Notes: generated by a model from the letters alone, not told the origin. A stretch of DNA of 40,665 nt from Bodo saltans (GCA_001460835.1 CYKH01000567.1:1-40665), one strand, 5' to 3'. Shown: positions 25,816-35,110, counted from the stretch's first letter. A program made the numbers and translations.

Positions 25816-26847
25816 ATGTCATTCGAAGCCTCCAACAGTTACCTAGCGGGAGACGGGTATTCCCCCAGAAGACATCAGGAGCTCAGCGAAGATGAAGAAA
25901 TTCGTGTCTACCTGATGCAACTTGATATGCTGCGGCAAGAGTGCGAGCGCACAGGAAATTTTCTCAAAGCGCAAGAGTGCGTCAACCGAATGAGAGAGGT
26001 CAACCTCCGCTACGCCAAGAAGATCGACCTCCGCTCAAAGCAGTCTAACATCACCACCAAGCATCAAGTCAGTGAAGACCACAAGTTCGAACTCCTAACA
26101 TTTACTCGCATGTGGGAAGAAAAGATCAGAGAATACGATCAAAAAGGCGACATGATCGTTCACGATATCAAACGAGCACACATGGAAGACTACCGCAATC
26201 AAGAGGCGGAGCTACGGCTACAGATCATGAACCAGCGCCCTCGCTTTTCCAAAAAAGTCATGGAAGTACGTGACTTACTCGAGAAGTATGTCCTCCAGCG
26301 GCGCTACGTGGAGGCAGAGGGATTGAAGCAAATGCTTCTCAAGTTGGAGCAAGACGAGTTGGTTGCTTTTGACGATAAGCTTGCTGTGCAGTTTGAAAAG
26401 AAGTCCCACACAATGAAGCATCAATACGTCGTGGAGTTACGTGCGGCAGAGCAGAAGATCGCTCTTGGTCGAGAGGAGCTCTTACATCAGCGACAACTTG
26501 ACTTTGAGAGGCTCCTTAAGCGGCATTCCAAAGTCGTGAAAGATATCGATATGTCCACCAAGCTGCACGTATCGAAAACAAAGAATTACATTCAAAGCCA
26601 GATTAAGGCGCTCGTGTTGGACCCACTCAAAACAGGGATGGACTTAGGTGGCGTGGAGCGAACGTTCCGTGAGGGGCAGGGGAAGCGCGGCACGGAGCTC
26701 AGAGCTCAGTCGCCCTCCGCATCTGCGATGTCTAGCAGCGCTAGGCGAGCCAGGACGCCTCCCGCTTCAGCAGTTCGTCCAGGCTCCTCGTCAATGAGAG
26801 CACGATCTCCTGCAACGTCCCTCAGAGCAAGTGGATTTGCATGGTGA
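25816..26847 (+). CDS. Hypothetical coiled-coil protein with a Ser/Ala/Arg-rich C-terminus
   Basis: The ATG at 25816 (MSFEASNSY) lies downstream of a polyT/polyC tract at 25747-25770 and AG at 25779. The ORF-track start at 25747 falls inside that tract, so it is rejected. Heptad-like charged composition dominates (EEKIREYDQKGD, AELRLQIMNQR, LKLEQDELVAFDDK). The tail SPSASAMSSSARRARTPPASAVRPGSSSMRARSPATS looks like a phospho-site cluster. Confidence 0.5.
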   Translation: MSFEASNSYLAGDGYSPRRHQELSEDEEIRVYLMQLDMLRQECERTGNFLKAQECVNRMREVNLRYAKKIDLRSKQSNITTKHQVSEDHKFELLTFTRMWEEKIREYDQKGDMIVHDIKRAHMEDYRNQEAELRLQIMNQRPRFSKKVMEVRDLLEKYVLQRRYVEAEGLKQMLLKLEQDELVAFDDKLAVQFEKKSHTMKHQYVVELRAAEQKIALGREELLHQRQLDFERLLKRHSKVVKDIDMSTKLHVSKTKNYIQSQIKALVLDPLKTGMDLGGVERTFREGQGKRGTELRAQSPSASAMSSSARRARTPPASAVRPGSSSMRARSPATSLRASGFAW

Positions 26848-27008
26848 CCGGGTATCTCAGTTCAGTGGGGTTTATTGAATGTTGTGTTGTACCATTTTAT
26901 GACTCATCAAACGAATTTCAGATGACATTAGCCTTCATACATTGTTCGTTGCGATTCAATGCATTGTAAATTTATTTGACAAGATTTCTTAGACAGAGAT
27001 TACAGGAA

Positions 27009-29768
27009 ATGGGTATTGCCGGCTTTTATCTGTGGCTTCAACGCCACTACGCTAATTGCGTTGACGAGGTCCCCACCATCATTGATGAGACAGGAACCAT
27101 TCCTTCGGCCGCGAGGAATAATCTGCCTAGGTACGACAACCTCTACTTGGATATGAATGGCTTGATCCATCCGTGCTGCCACGATACCGCACCCCTCCCT
27201 GAGCCCGAAAGCGAGGAAGAAATGTTCGATCGTATTTTTGATCAAATCGATAAGTTGTTTCGCGTCGTCAGGCCCCGCAAGTGCCTTGTCCTGTGTATTG
27301 ATGGCGTCGCACCAAGAAGTAAAATGAACCAACAGCGCTCACGGCGCTTCCGTGCCGCACAGGAGCGTATCGAGAGCAACGACATTGCTAACGACTGCGC
27401 CGACTACATCGTTAGTGAGCACAAACTCCCCCGTCCACAGTTCAGAGAGCGTTGGGATCACAACGTCATCACCCCGTCGACCGCCTTCATGGAGCGCGTG
27501 GGGCAGTCCATCGAGTGGTTTTGCATGAAGAAAATCAATGAGGATCCAGAGTGGCGCAATATCACCGTGGTTTACTCCGATGCGCACGTTCCAGGCGAGG
27601 GGGAGCACAAGATCATGCATTACATTCGTGGTCTGAGAGCACAGCCTGGGTACAACCCAAGGACATCGCACTGCATTCACGGCATGGACGCTGACTTGAT
27701 CTGCCTTGGGCTCTCAACGCATGAACCAAACTTCGGCATTCTGCGTAACAAGCTTGGGGATGACTTCCAAGCAGTCCCAAATGAATTCTGCTACTTCAAT
27801 CTCACGCGTTTCCGTGAGCAGCTCAAAAAGGACTTCGAGAACATCAAAGACATGGATTTTGAGCGAGTCATTGATGACTTTGTGTTCCTTTGCTTCTTTG
27901 TCGGCAACGATTTTCTTCCGCACATGCCGCTGATTTCCATCAAGACGAAAGGCATAGAAGCCATGCTTGACCATTACGTCCGGTGCTTCGACGACAATGG
28001 CTATCTCACCAAACGAGGAGAGGTTAAGTTTGATGGCGTGAAGAGGTTCCTCAAGTCGTTTCTTGCCTCCAAGCTCGAAGTTCTCAAGAAGGAGTACGAC
28101 GGAAAGAAACGGGCGGCCGACAGAGCCAAGGGTCATGTCAAGGAACGTGTCGACAAATGCCAGAAAGAGATTGAATACATCGCTGAATCCGTCTCGTCGG
28201 ACAAAGCAACAGAGGAGGAGCGCCAGATTGCCAGCAACAAGCTTCTGTCGCTCTATTCTACCATCAAGAAGGAAGAGCTGCGCTTTGTGGCCGGACGCTT
28301 CCCACTCACGTTTTCCTACAGGAAGCCGGAAGATAGAGATGCGTATTACGTTGCCAAGTTTGGCTGGTCTACCGAGGATCGCCAGCGCTTCGAGGCAAAT
28401 GTTCGTCAGTGCTGCGCGGAGTTCTTGCGTGGCATGCAGTGGGTCATGCGGTACTACACCAAAGGGTGCCCCTCTTGGGAGTGGTTCTACCCCTTTCACT
28501 ACACGCCGCTGCTTCAAGACCTTGCGCTGAACTGTGACTCAGTAAATGTGGAGATGAAGATTGGAGAGCCCCTTCACCCTGTTGAGCAGCTCCTTGCCGT
28601 CCTCCCACGCCAGAGCGTCAGCGCACTGCCTGAAGAACTACACGAGGCAGTTGAGGACCCCAAATCTGTCCTGGCTAAGTTTTACCCCGACACATTCGAG
28701 ATTGACTTCACCGAGGCCAATTTCTCCTACCAAGGGATCGCCCAGCTGCCGTTCATCAACTGTGTGAAACTCCGTGAGGCCTGCGCTGAATTGGTCGAAC
28801 TTGAGGAGGACTTTGGCACGACGCTTATCTTCGCGCATCAAAAGTCGCGAGTGAGCCAAGAACTTGAGAAGCTAATTGGAACGTCTGCAGCGTCTGTCCC
28901 TCTCAATGAACACATCGTACGTGTGTGTCCATTAGCTGGTCGTGTTGCACGCTATCCCAACGCGTGGCCTCTTCAAGCCCGCGTCGAGTGCCCAGATAGC
29001 GGTATCGCCAACTACCCAGGAGGTCGCTTCTCGGGGGAAATTGCCGACAATCAAGCATCGTGTTTTGCCTATGAACTCAACACACACGCTGATTATTTGC
29101 AAGAACTGTTGCAGAAGCCAAGCGGCAAGGGCGATGGAAAGGCCATCCATAAAGCGCGTTCACCTGGAGCCTCACACGCCAAGCAGCAAAGCCGTGACGG
29201 ACAACGCAACGCCAAGCCAACGAAGCGTGAGCGAAGCAATAGCCCTCGAGGGTCACGACCATCAAGCAGCTCCAAGAATCATCGGGATGAAACCAAGTCG
29301 AGTTCTCGCGTCGACGATCGTGGCTCAAAGCGCGATGACAACAGGCGCCACTCTGATGATATCAAGCGCCACTCTGACAATCACAGCGATCGCCACGATG
29401 ATCGAAGCAGCCGCCGCGACGATCGCAGTAGACGAGATGAAAAACGAGGTGATAAACATCACCGCAGTGATCGATCTGATCGTGATGACGGTCACGCACA
29501 GAAGAAGCATCGAACGGAATCCTCTCACGGCTCTCATGCTGCTGGCCCACTAGTTCGCCCTTCTCCACTGCATTCGTCGTTCTCGATATCACAGATGCAG
29601 TCCCCGATTGTATTGGACTTTTCGTCCCAGCCGCACCCTGGTGCATCTGACTTTCAGGAACCGGTCTTGATTCGTCCAAAGGAGCACCACCACGCCGGCA
29701 GCAGTAACACAAGCGACAAACGCGGGGGTGATGACCGCCGGCGAGATCAGGGCAAGCGTCGCTATTAG
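27009..29768 (+). CDS. 5'-3' exoribonuclease, XRN family, with an Arg/Asp/Ser/His-rich C-terminal tail
   Basis: The N-terminal catalytic signatures match: MGIAGFYLWLQRHY (XRN MGVPKFFRWL), LYLDMNGLIHPCCH (LYLDMNGIIHNC), LCIDGVAPRSKMNQQRSRRFR (identical to the consensus). The ORF track over-extends 11 codons upstream, and the conserved Met is at 27009. The C-terminus shows RDDRSRRDEKRGDKHHRSDRSDRDD repeats. Confidence 0.88.
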   Translation: MGIAGFYLWLQRHYANCVDEVPTIIDETGTIPSAARNNLPRYDNLYLDMNGLIHPCCHDTAPLPEPESEEEMFDRIFDQIDKLFRVVRPRKCLVLCIDGVAPRSKMNQQRSRRFRAAQERIESNDIANDCADYIVSEHKLPRPQFRERWDHNVITPSTAFMERVGQSIEWFCMKKINEDPEWRNITVVYSDAHVPGEGEHKIMHYIRGLRAQPGYNPRTSHCIHGMDADLICLGLSTHEPNFGILRNKLGDDFQAVPNEFCYFNLTRFREQLKKDFENIKDMDFERVIDDFVFLCFFVGNDFLPHMPLISIKTKGIEAMLDHYVRCFDDNGYLTKRGEVKFDGVKRFLKSFLASKLEVLKKEYDGKKRAADRAKGHVKERVDKCQKEIEYIAESVSSDKATEEERQIASNKLLSLYSTIKKEELRFVAGRFPLTFSYRKPEDRDAYYVAKFGWSTEDRQRFEANVRQCCAEFLRGMQWVMRYYTKGCPSWEWFYPFHYTPLLQDLALNCDSVNVEMKIGEPLHPVEQLLAVLPRQSVSALPEELHEAVEDPKSVLAKFYPDTFEIDFTEANFSYQGIAQLPFINCVKLREACAELVELEEDFGTTLIFAHQKSRVSQELEKLIGTSAASVPLNEHIVRVCPLAGRVARYPNAWPLQARVECPDSGIANYPGGRFSGEIADNQASCFAYELNTHADYLQELLQKPSGKGDGKAIHKARSPGASHAKQQSRDGQRNAKPTKRERSNSPRGSRPSSSSKNHRDETKSSSRVDDRGSKRDDNRRHSDDIKRHSDNHSDRHDDRSSRRDDRSRRDEKRGDKHHRSDRSDRDDGHAQKKHRTESSHGSHAAGPLVRPSPLHSSFSISQMQSPIVLDFSSQPHPGASDFQEPVLIRPKEHHHAGSSNTSDKRGGDDRRRDQGKRRY

Positions 29769-29850
29769 AGCAGAAGTTTTATTGAGTTTTTGCTTCCACC
29801 GATTAAATTTTGAGCAACATGCAGTCTTAAGCGAGAAAAGAATACATGTT

Positions 29851-29945
29851 ATGCCTTGTTGTTTTGATGCACTTCCTGTTGCCTTTTGCATCCACTCTCA
29901 CCATCATCTGTGTGTACATTTTTGTTCCATTTTTGTATAGATCAG
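29851..29945 (+). promoter_or_regulatory. Long (about 80 nt) pyrimidine-rich tract with AG dinucleotides at 29938 and 29944; candidate acceptor for the cNMP-domain gene
   Basis: tgccttgttgttttgatgcacttcctgttgccttttgcatccactctcaccatcatctgtgtgtacatttttgttccatttttgt, then atagatcagac, then ATG 29948. Confidence 0.45.
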
Positions 29946-29947
29946 AC

Positions 29948-32656
29948 ATGCCAGTAAAACGCTCCGTACGACAAATTGTAGCCCAGCAACCTCCAGCTCA
30001 ACCTCCGTCGCGTACGGCAGTAGATGCTCAAGTGGACACTTGCTCCCCTCGTAGTGACAATTCTGCCAGGAAGAAAAGTCGCGCAAAGTCGATGATGGCT
30101 TTGGGTGACGGAGCACCGCATGGGAGGTACGGCCACGCCGTGACGGTTCTCAAGCGTGTGGCGAAGAAATTAGTGTTGGGTGATCGGCTCGATATGGGTG
30201 CAACGACCAACGATCCACTGAGGCAGCTGCGGAGACGTCACATGGCCCCGTTCTCTGCCATTTCTCCGTATGTTCGAGTTCGTCGAATGCTTGACCCTGT
30301 GCACCATCGCCACCTCCTGGGCAGTGATGTCCTGCAACCCTCATCATCCTCGTCTGCGCGCCGCATCAGCGAGGGAGCGGTCGGCCTTCCGATGGATCGC
30401 CTCCACGAAGACGATTCCAGCGAGCTTTGTGAGTCCACCGCCTTCATTCCGGACAAAGAAGTGCCCCTGGCCAGTGTAATGATTCCTCTTGAGGATGACT
30501 CCAAGGCAATTCACTTTGCGGATGTTAGCAGCATGTCCGCATCTGTGAATGCCCTTCACCGATCGGTGATGATGAGTAGGAATTCCATCAGCAAAGGTAT
30601 GGAAGGGGGTCGAGAAGGGAACACCAATGCAAAAGATACCAAGCATGGCGGCGGTAGTGAAGAGGAGCTTCGCAACCCACCACTCCCCCCTGGCTCAGAG
30701 ATTTCATCGCTCCCACAAGAACTTGCTGTCACGTTTTACACCGAAGCGAAACAGCGACTACGAACACTCTTCCTCCCACGCGTGCTGTTTTTGCTCGAAC
30801 GCAAACGGCGTCGTGCAGTTGAGTCTGAAATGGCTCGACGTGCATCGCGCCCATCTGGTGATGCCCTCAAGCGGTTCAAGCTGTTCGCACACTGGCCCGC
30901 AGAAGCGCTTCAGCAGGCCGTAGACCTCATGACATACCAGCATGTAGAAAGCAATCGGTTCATTTGGTATACTGGTGAGCCTGGTGGTACGCTTGGCATG
31001 GTGTTGATCTCACACGGACAATGCCGCTCGATGCGCAACACGATGCGTGACAGTGGGGAAAAGCGACTGACGACGGAGAGCGCCGTCATGCTGGCGACGC
31101 ATGGTCCTGGCCACTTGTTCAACGAGTACAGTTTTGTCACGCAGGAACCGCAGATGCGATATGTGAAGACATTGACTCGCTGTGATTTGTTCTGCCTGAG
31201 TCGTGAAGACTTTGAAACCTGCTGCGCAACAGTAACGGAAACTGTCCGCGCGCATATGACGCATGCGGCGTTTGTCCGAAGACAGAAAATGATTCCTGAA
31301 GCGTATCCGTTTTATCCACAACTGCTGCGAAAGCAGTGTCCCGTATTTGCTAAAAGCTCCGACGCAATTTTATCCCTTATTATTCAGAGCATGAAACCTC
31401 TGGCCAGCGGATCACAATTTCTGATCTCAAGCATAGGAGAAACCCCAAGTCAAATTTTCTTTTTGAGACGGGGCAAGGTGGGTGGGTACCAGGATGTCGA
31501 CGGTGCCTCCACGCATGTTCGATCGTACTATGGGCCCTCAACTCTTCTCGAGTCTTGCGTGATCCACAGACAAGAAAATTTAGAACTGCTGAGAACACTT
31601 TCGGACTGCGACTTCTTGGTGCTGTCGCTGGAAGATATTTATGGCATCATGGCCCTCCATCCGTCTGAAAGGGATATCTTACTCGATGTGTCGCGTGAGG
31701 AAAAGATGAAAATTCTTTCCAAACAGCAGAAGCGATATCGTCCACTGATTTATCAAATTCCAATTATCCGGCAACTTCTAGAGGGTGAGCAGATCAACGC
31801 TCTCTCACACCTTTTCGAAGGACGTGTGTACGCAGCGATGGACATTGTGGCATCCAAGTCGGACACTTGTGATCGAATTATCATTCTCACCAAAGGGCAG
31901 GTGTCCTTCGGCGTCAAAGGAGCAGAATGGGCACCAGGCGACAGTATTGGGTACACTTGCCTTTTGCAGCATCGCTGGTCGCACAGTGTCGTTGCTCTGC
32001 AGCAAACGGAGTGCATTGAACTTCGCCGAGACCTGTTTGAAGCATTTATGGAAGATTGTGGCCTCTTGAATGATGCCATGGACGTTACGGAACTCATGAT
32101 GTGCCCCACTAAAGTGAAATTGCTACAGCGAGAGCGCAAGTTGGTGGACAATGGAGTGGTTCTGACCGAAGACGTTAGACAGGAGCTACGATCGCAAGTG
32201 CTAGCACCCCTTCGAAAAGCTCCAGCCAACAGCACCGCCACCACTGCAGATGCCAAAGATTCTGTTCACAAAGGCAATGACGCGATGACATCTTACTTCC
32301 ACCGCCCCAGCCGTAAGGCCACTGAGCAGCAGGCACGACGACATCGTCTCTTAGGGTTGCTCAATAGTGTCGAACATGACATTGAGGCGATGATTACTCC
32401 CAGATGTTATCCTCTCTCGATATCAATGGACGGGCTTCGCCAACGCAGCCACCGCGCTATTACAGAGCCCGGCTTCGTGGAGTGCCGTCCTCAATTCCGC
32501 CTCACAGATACTTCAGTCCCTGGCGGCCTCCACACACCACTTCTGACGGAACGAGACAAGGAAGAGGCGTTATCAAATGCACTCTTTGCCTTAAAGCGTG
32601 ATCCTGTAAAGCGGGTATCAAAAATTACCCCCTTCTTGATGGTGAAACAGAGATGA
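29948..32656 (+). CDS. Protein composed of three degenerate cyclic-nucleotide-binding (CNB, cNMP-binding-like) domains with no attached catalytic or channel domain; candidate cAMP-response or effector protein
   Basis: The ATG at 29948 (MPVKRSV) follows an 80-nt pyrimidine tract at 29851-29930. Three segments fit the CNB phosphate-binding-cassette layout: GHLFNEYSFVTQEPQMRYVKTLTRCDLFCLSREDFE; SQIFFLRRGKVGGYQ...GPSTLLESCVIHRQENLELLRTL; IIILTKGQVSFG...GDSIGYTCLLQHRWSHSVVALQQTECIELRRDLFEAF. I recognise no kinase, channel, cyclase or PDE motifs. The ORF-track start at 29846 sits inside the pyrimidine tract. Confidence 0.6.
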   Translation: MPVKRSVRQIVAQQPPAQPPSRTAVDAQVDTCSPRSDNSARKKSRAKSMMALGDGAPHGRYGHAVTVLKRVAKKLVLGDRLDMGATTNDPLRQLRRRHMAPFSAISPYVRVRRMLDPVHHRHLLGSDVLQPSSSSSARRISEGAVGLPMDRLHEDDSSELCESTAFIPDKEVPLASVMIPLEDDSKAIHFADVSSMSASVNALHRSVMMSRNSISKGMEGGREGNTNAKDTKHGGGSEEELRNPPLPPGSEISSLPQELAVTFYTEAKQRLRTLFLPRVLFLLERKRRRAVESEMARRASRPSGDALKRFKLFAHWPAEALQQAVDLMTYQHVESNRFIWYTGEPGGTLGMVLISHGQCRSMRNTMRDSGEKRLTTESAVMLATHGPGHLFNEYSFVTQEPQMRYVKTLTRCDLFCLSREDFETCCATVTETVRAHMTHAAFVRRQKMIPEAYPFYPQLLRKQCPVFAKSSDAILSLIIQSMKPLASGSQFLISSIGETPSQIFFLRRGKVGGYQDVDGASTHVRSYYGPSTLLESCVIHRQENLELLRTLSDCDFLVLSLEDIYGIMALHPSERDILLDVSREEKMKILSKQQKRYRPLIYQIPIIRQLLEGEQINALSHLFEGRVYAAMDIVASKSDTCDRIIILTKGQVSFGVKGAEWAPGDSIGYTCLLQHRWSHSVVALQQTECIELRRDLFEAFMEDCGLLNDAMDVTELMMCPTKVKLLQRERKLVDNGVVLTEDVRQELRSQVLAPLRKAPANSTATTADAKDSVHKGNDAMTSYFHRPSRKATEQQARRHRLLGLLNSVEHDIEAMITPRCYPLSISMDGLRQRSHRAITEPGFVECRPQFRLTDTSVPGGLHTPLLTERDKEEALSNALFALKRDPVKRVSKITPFLMVKQR

Positions 32657-32877
32657 TGGGGTAGGTGCGGCACGTCGTTTTCCCGCTGATGTGAAACAAA
32701 CGACAACGACAAGGTGAGTACCAACCAATTGTGTATATTTCAGTGTGTAAATGGAAAAGAAACGTGATCTTGAGTAGAAGTGTCGAAGTTGGAGTTGCTT
32801 TGAGCACTTGCAATTTACTTTTCATCGAGAAGGTAAAGAAAGAATCCGCTATCATCTCTTGAAGGGATTTCACATTT

Positions 32878-33450
32878 ATGCCCCACATTGTCTCATCTCT
32901 TATTATCCTTCTGGCCGTTGGTGCGACCTTAACGCCATTTCTTGCTGATGCAGCCATCAAACAGCTCACTGTGCACGAGCGCTTGAAGTATGCTCGCCAC
33001 GTGTTTGTAGGAACGGTGGAGTCCGTAGAATTCAAAGACATCGACAGAGCCCCACAGTTTCCAGAGTGGATCACGCGCCATTACAAATGTGTGGTACGTG
33101 TGGATCGAGTCGTAAAGTCGAACAAACATTCTCGGCCAAATCCAAGTCACCCTGCCGATGAGTTGGTGGAGGGCCCCCTTGTGCACCTCATGGCGTGGAA
33201 GGGCATTGGCCGGCCTGCAGGCTTTGTAGGTGACTCTGGGACGGCAACGATCCCGGAAGTAGGAAAGACCTACGCGTTCTACACCCAATTCCTCCACCCC
33301 GACCCACAGTTGCGATCTACGTATCATGAATCGTATCCTCATGTTGAAGAAGAAGAGTTCAAGGCGTACAATGCGCTGATGCCGAATGGAATCGGGGAAC
33401 TAGCTGAACTGTTAGACCACGAAGCGGAGGATGCTCACGCAGAATTGTAA
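32878..33450 (+). CDS. Small hypothetical secreted protein (190 aa) with an N-terminal signal peptide and an acidic C-terminus
   Basis: The ATG at 32878 opens MPHIVSSLIILLAVGATLTPFLADAA, a signal-peptide-like stretch. The rest looks globular. The C-terminus ELLDHEAEDAHAEL is acidic. I recognise no family. Same strand and spacing as its neighbours. Confidence 0.4.
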   Translation: MPHIVSSLIILLAVGATLTPFLADAAIKQLTVHERLKYARHVFVGTVESVEFKDIDRAPQFPEWITRHYKCVVRVDRVVKSNKHSRPNPSHPADELVEGPLVHLMAWKGIGRPAGFVGDSGTATIPEVGKTYAFYTQFLHPDPQLRSTYHESYPHVEEEEFKAYNALMPNGIGELAELLDHEAEDAHAEL

Positions 33451-33487
33451 ACTAAACAACTCTTTGCTCGCCTTCTTCTTGAAGATT

Positions 33488-33550
33488 GCTTTTCGCGCCA
33501 TCCCCACTCGTCGAATTCATCATTGCGCTGATTATTTTTCCCTTTACAAG
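33488..33550 (+). promoter_or_regulatory. Pyrimidine-rich tract and AG; candidate acceptor for the LRR/H1-tail gene
   Basis: gcttttcgcgccatccccactcgtcgaattcatcattgcgctgattatttttccctttac, then AG at 33549-33550. ATG is at 33595. Confidence 0.4.
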
Positions 33551-33594
33551 AACAACCATTACATCATCGAAGCACACACATTTTAGCCAGATAC

Positions 33595-35013
33595 ATGGAG
33601 CTTGCCGGGTATGCTTCTGGGGGCCACATGCGCTCGGATTTTTCTGACTTCGACTTGAAGAATGCCGCCGAAATGGAAGCTCACATTAACATGAACGCAA
33701 CTGCGGCAAAGATCAACTTTGACAAGTACTACAAAGAGAGGCTGAACGATCCGTCGCGACTTTGGCGCGAAGTTCGTCGCCGATTGGACGTCCGAGATGT
33801 GCTTGAGGTGCCCGCTCTTGTCCTCGATGTCGGTGTCCCAAAGTTTGACTACACGTCTATCGGCCAATTATTTAGCCAAAAGCTTTTGGAACGTGAGAAG
33901 AACAAGGAGGCTAGAGCGGCTGATGGAAATCCTGAGGCGTCTCTGACAGTGAACGTGAAGATGAACATGAATGATCCCTTTAAACTGGTGCTATCCGGCT
34001 GTGACTACACCAACCTGGATAAGGTAGTGAGCAGCATCGTCAGCAACCAGGAGATCACTCACTTGAGCTTCGCAAACAACGGCCTTGACACGGATGACTG
34101 CGAAGCTCTTGCAAAATTCATCGCGTCCAACACCACAGTTGTCGCTTTGGATCTCAGCGGAAACAAACTTGGCGGCGAGCAGATCCAGAAGCTAGCGGAT
34201 GCACTGGCAAAGAATTCCACCATCACGGATCTTGACTTAGGAGCAAATGGCCTTGCAAAGTCTGCTGCAAAAGCGTTCGCTGCCGCCATTTCCGTTCCCA
34301 CGTGTCAAGTGTCGCGCCTGCAGCTTGCTGGAAACGCTCTTGGTATCTATGGAGTGGAGGAGCTAGCGGTTGGTCTCAGGCAAAACACAAGCATCAAGGC
34401 GTTGGGCCTGCAAAACAATAACATTGGTAACGATGGAGCACAAAAGCTCCTCGACGTGTTGCCGGGGAAGGGGCAGAGTATCGACGAAGTATTTGCGGAT
34501 GGCTCGCTTCCAATCAATGACGTAGACGGTAGCGGCGTCGCCACAGAAAAGAAGTTTAACACTTCACTTGTCCAAGTCAGCATCGAAGCAAATCGTGTGG
34601 ATGACAGCCTCGCTCTCGCCGTAGCGACAGGCACGTGGCTCAATGAACAGGTGCAAATGCGGCGACATATGATTCGGCTGGAGACGGAAGCCCGCGCAAT
34701 GTTGGAAGATGTTGATCCTGAACTTGATGCCCTTCGACTATTCTTCGCGAAGGCGACATCTGAGCTTGTTGCTGCATTAGCAGCAAAAGCAGCTGAAGCA
34801 GCAGCAGCACCAAAAGCAGCACCAGGGAAATCAGGTGCGAAAGGCCCCGCTGCAAAACCATCGCCCGCTGGTGGTGCTCGAAGTGCTTCTAAATCGCCTG
34901 TGAAAGCTGCTCCCGCCAAAGGAAAAGCACCACCTCCACCGGCAGCGTCGACCAAAGTCAAGGCTGCTGCGGGAGCAGGTCGCACGCCGTCCCCGAAAAA
35001 AGGTGGAGCGTAA
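33595..35013 (+). CDS. Leucine-rich-repeat protein of ribonuclease-inhibitor (RNI) type, fused to a C-terminal Ala/Lys/Pro-rich histone-H1-like tail
   Basis: About 28-aa LRR units: ITHLSFANNGLDTDDCEALAKFIASNTTVVALDLSGNKLGGEQIQKLADALAKNSTITDLDLGANGL...LQLAGNALGIYGVEELAVGLRQNTSIKALGLQNNNIGNDGAQKL. The C-terminal 80 aa, AAKAAEAAAAPKAAPGKSGAKGPAAKPSPAGGARSASKSPVKAAPAKGKAPPPPAASTKVKAAAGAGRTPSPKKGGA, carries an SPKK motif. A pyrimidine tract at 33488-33548 with AG at 33549 lies upstream. Confidence 0.75.
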   Translation: MELAGYASGGHMRSDFSDFDLKNAAEMEAHINMNATAAKINFDKYYKERLNDPSRLWREVRRRLDVRDVLEVPALVLDVGVPKFDYTSIGQLFSQKLLEREKNKEARAADGNPEASLTVNVKMNMNDPFKLVLSGCDYTNLDKVVSSIVSNQEITHLSFANNGLDTDDCEALAKFIASNTTVVALDLSGNKLGGEQIQKLADALAKNSTITDLDLGANGLAKSAAKAFAAAISVPTCQVSRLQLAGNALGIYGVEELAVGLRQNTSIKALGLQNNNIGNDGAQKLLDVLPGKGQSIDEVFADGSLPINDVDGSGVATEKKFNTSLVQVSIEANRVDDSLALAVATGTWLNEQVQMRRHMIRLETEARAMLEDVDPELDALRLFFAKATSELVAALAAKAAEAAAAPKAAPGKSGAKGPAAKPSPAGGARSASKSPVKAAPAKGKAPPPPAASTKVKAAAGAGRTPSPKKGGA

Positions 35014-35085
35014 CCACGGTATGTACTTTGCCAAGCTTCCACACTACATTTTCGTCTGGCACTTGGATCTTTCATTCATACACGC

Positions 35086-35110
35086 ATGTTTCCGTTGTTT
35101 CTCCTGAAAG
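35086..35110 (+). promoter_or_regulatory. Polypyrimidine tract (catgtttccgttgtttctcctg) and AG; candidate acceptor for the ABCC transporter gene
   Basis: Read directly; AG at 35109-35110, 55 nt upstream of ATG 35165. Confidence 0.4.

Noticed and set aside
27714-28517. A 267-aa minus-strand ORF. Similar minus-strand ORFs occur at 5218-5865, 6052-6606, 8597-9196, 14491-15045, 25167-25835, 34347-35075 and 37660-38031.
   Set aside because: Each lies entirely antisense to a plus-strand CDS with strong family-level conservation (XRN, the large protein, MVP, helicases, MORN, LRR, ABCC). The translations are low-complexity or codon-shadow sequences. None has its own pyrimidine tract and AG context. 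I treat them as antisense artefacts.
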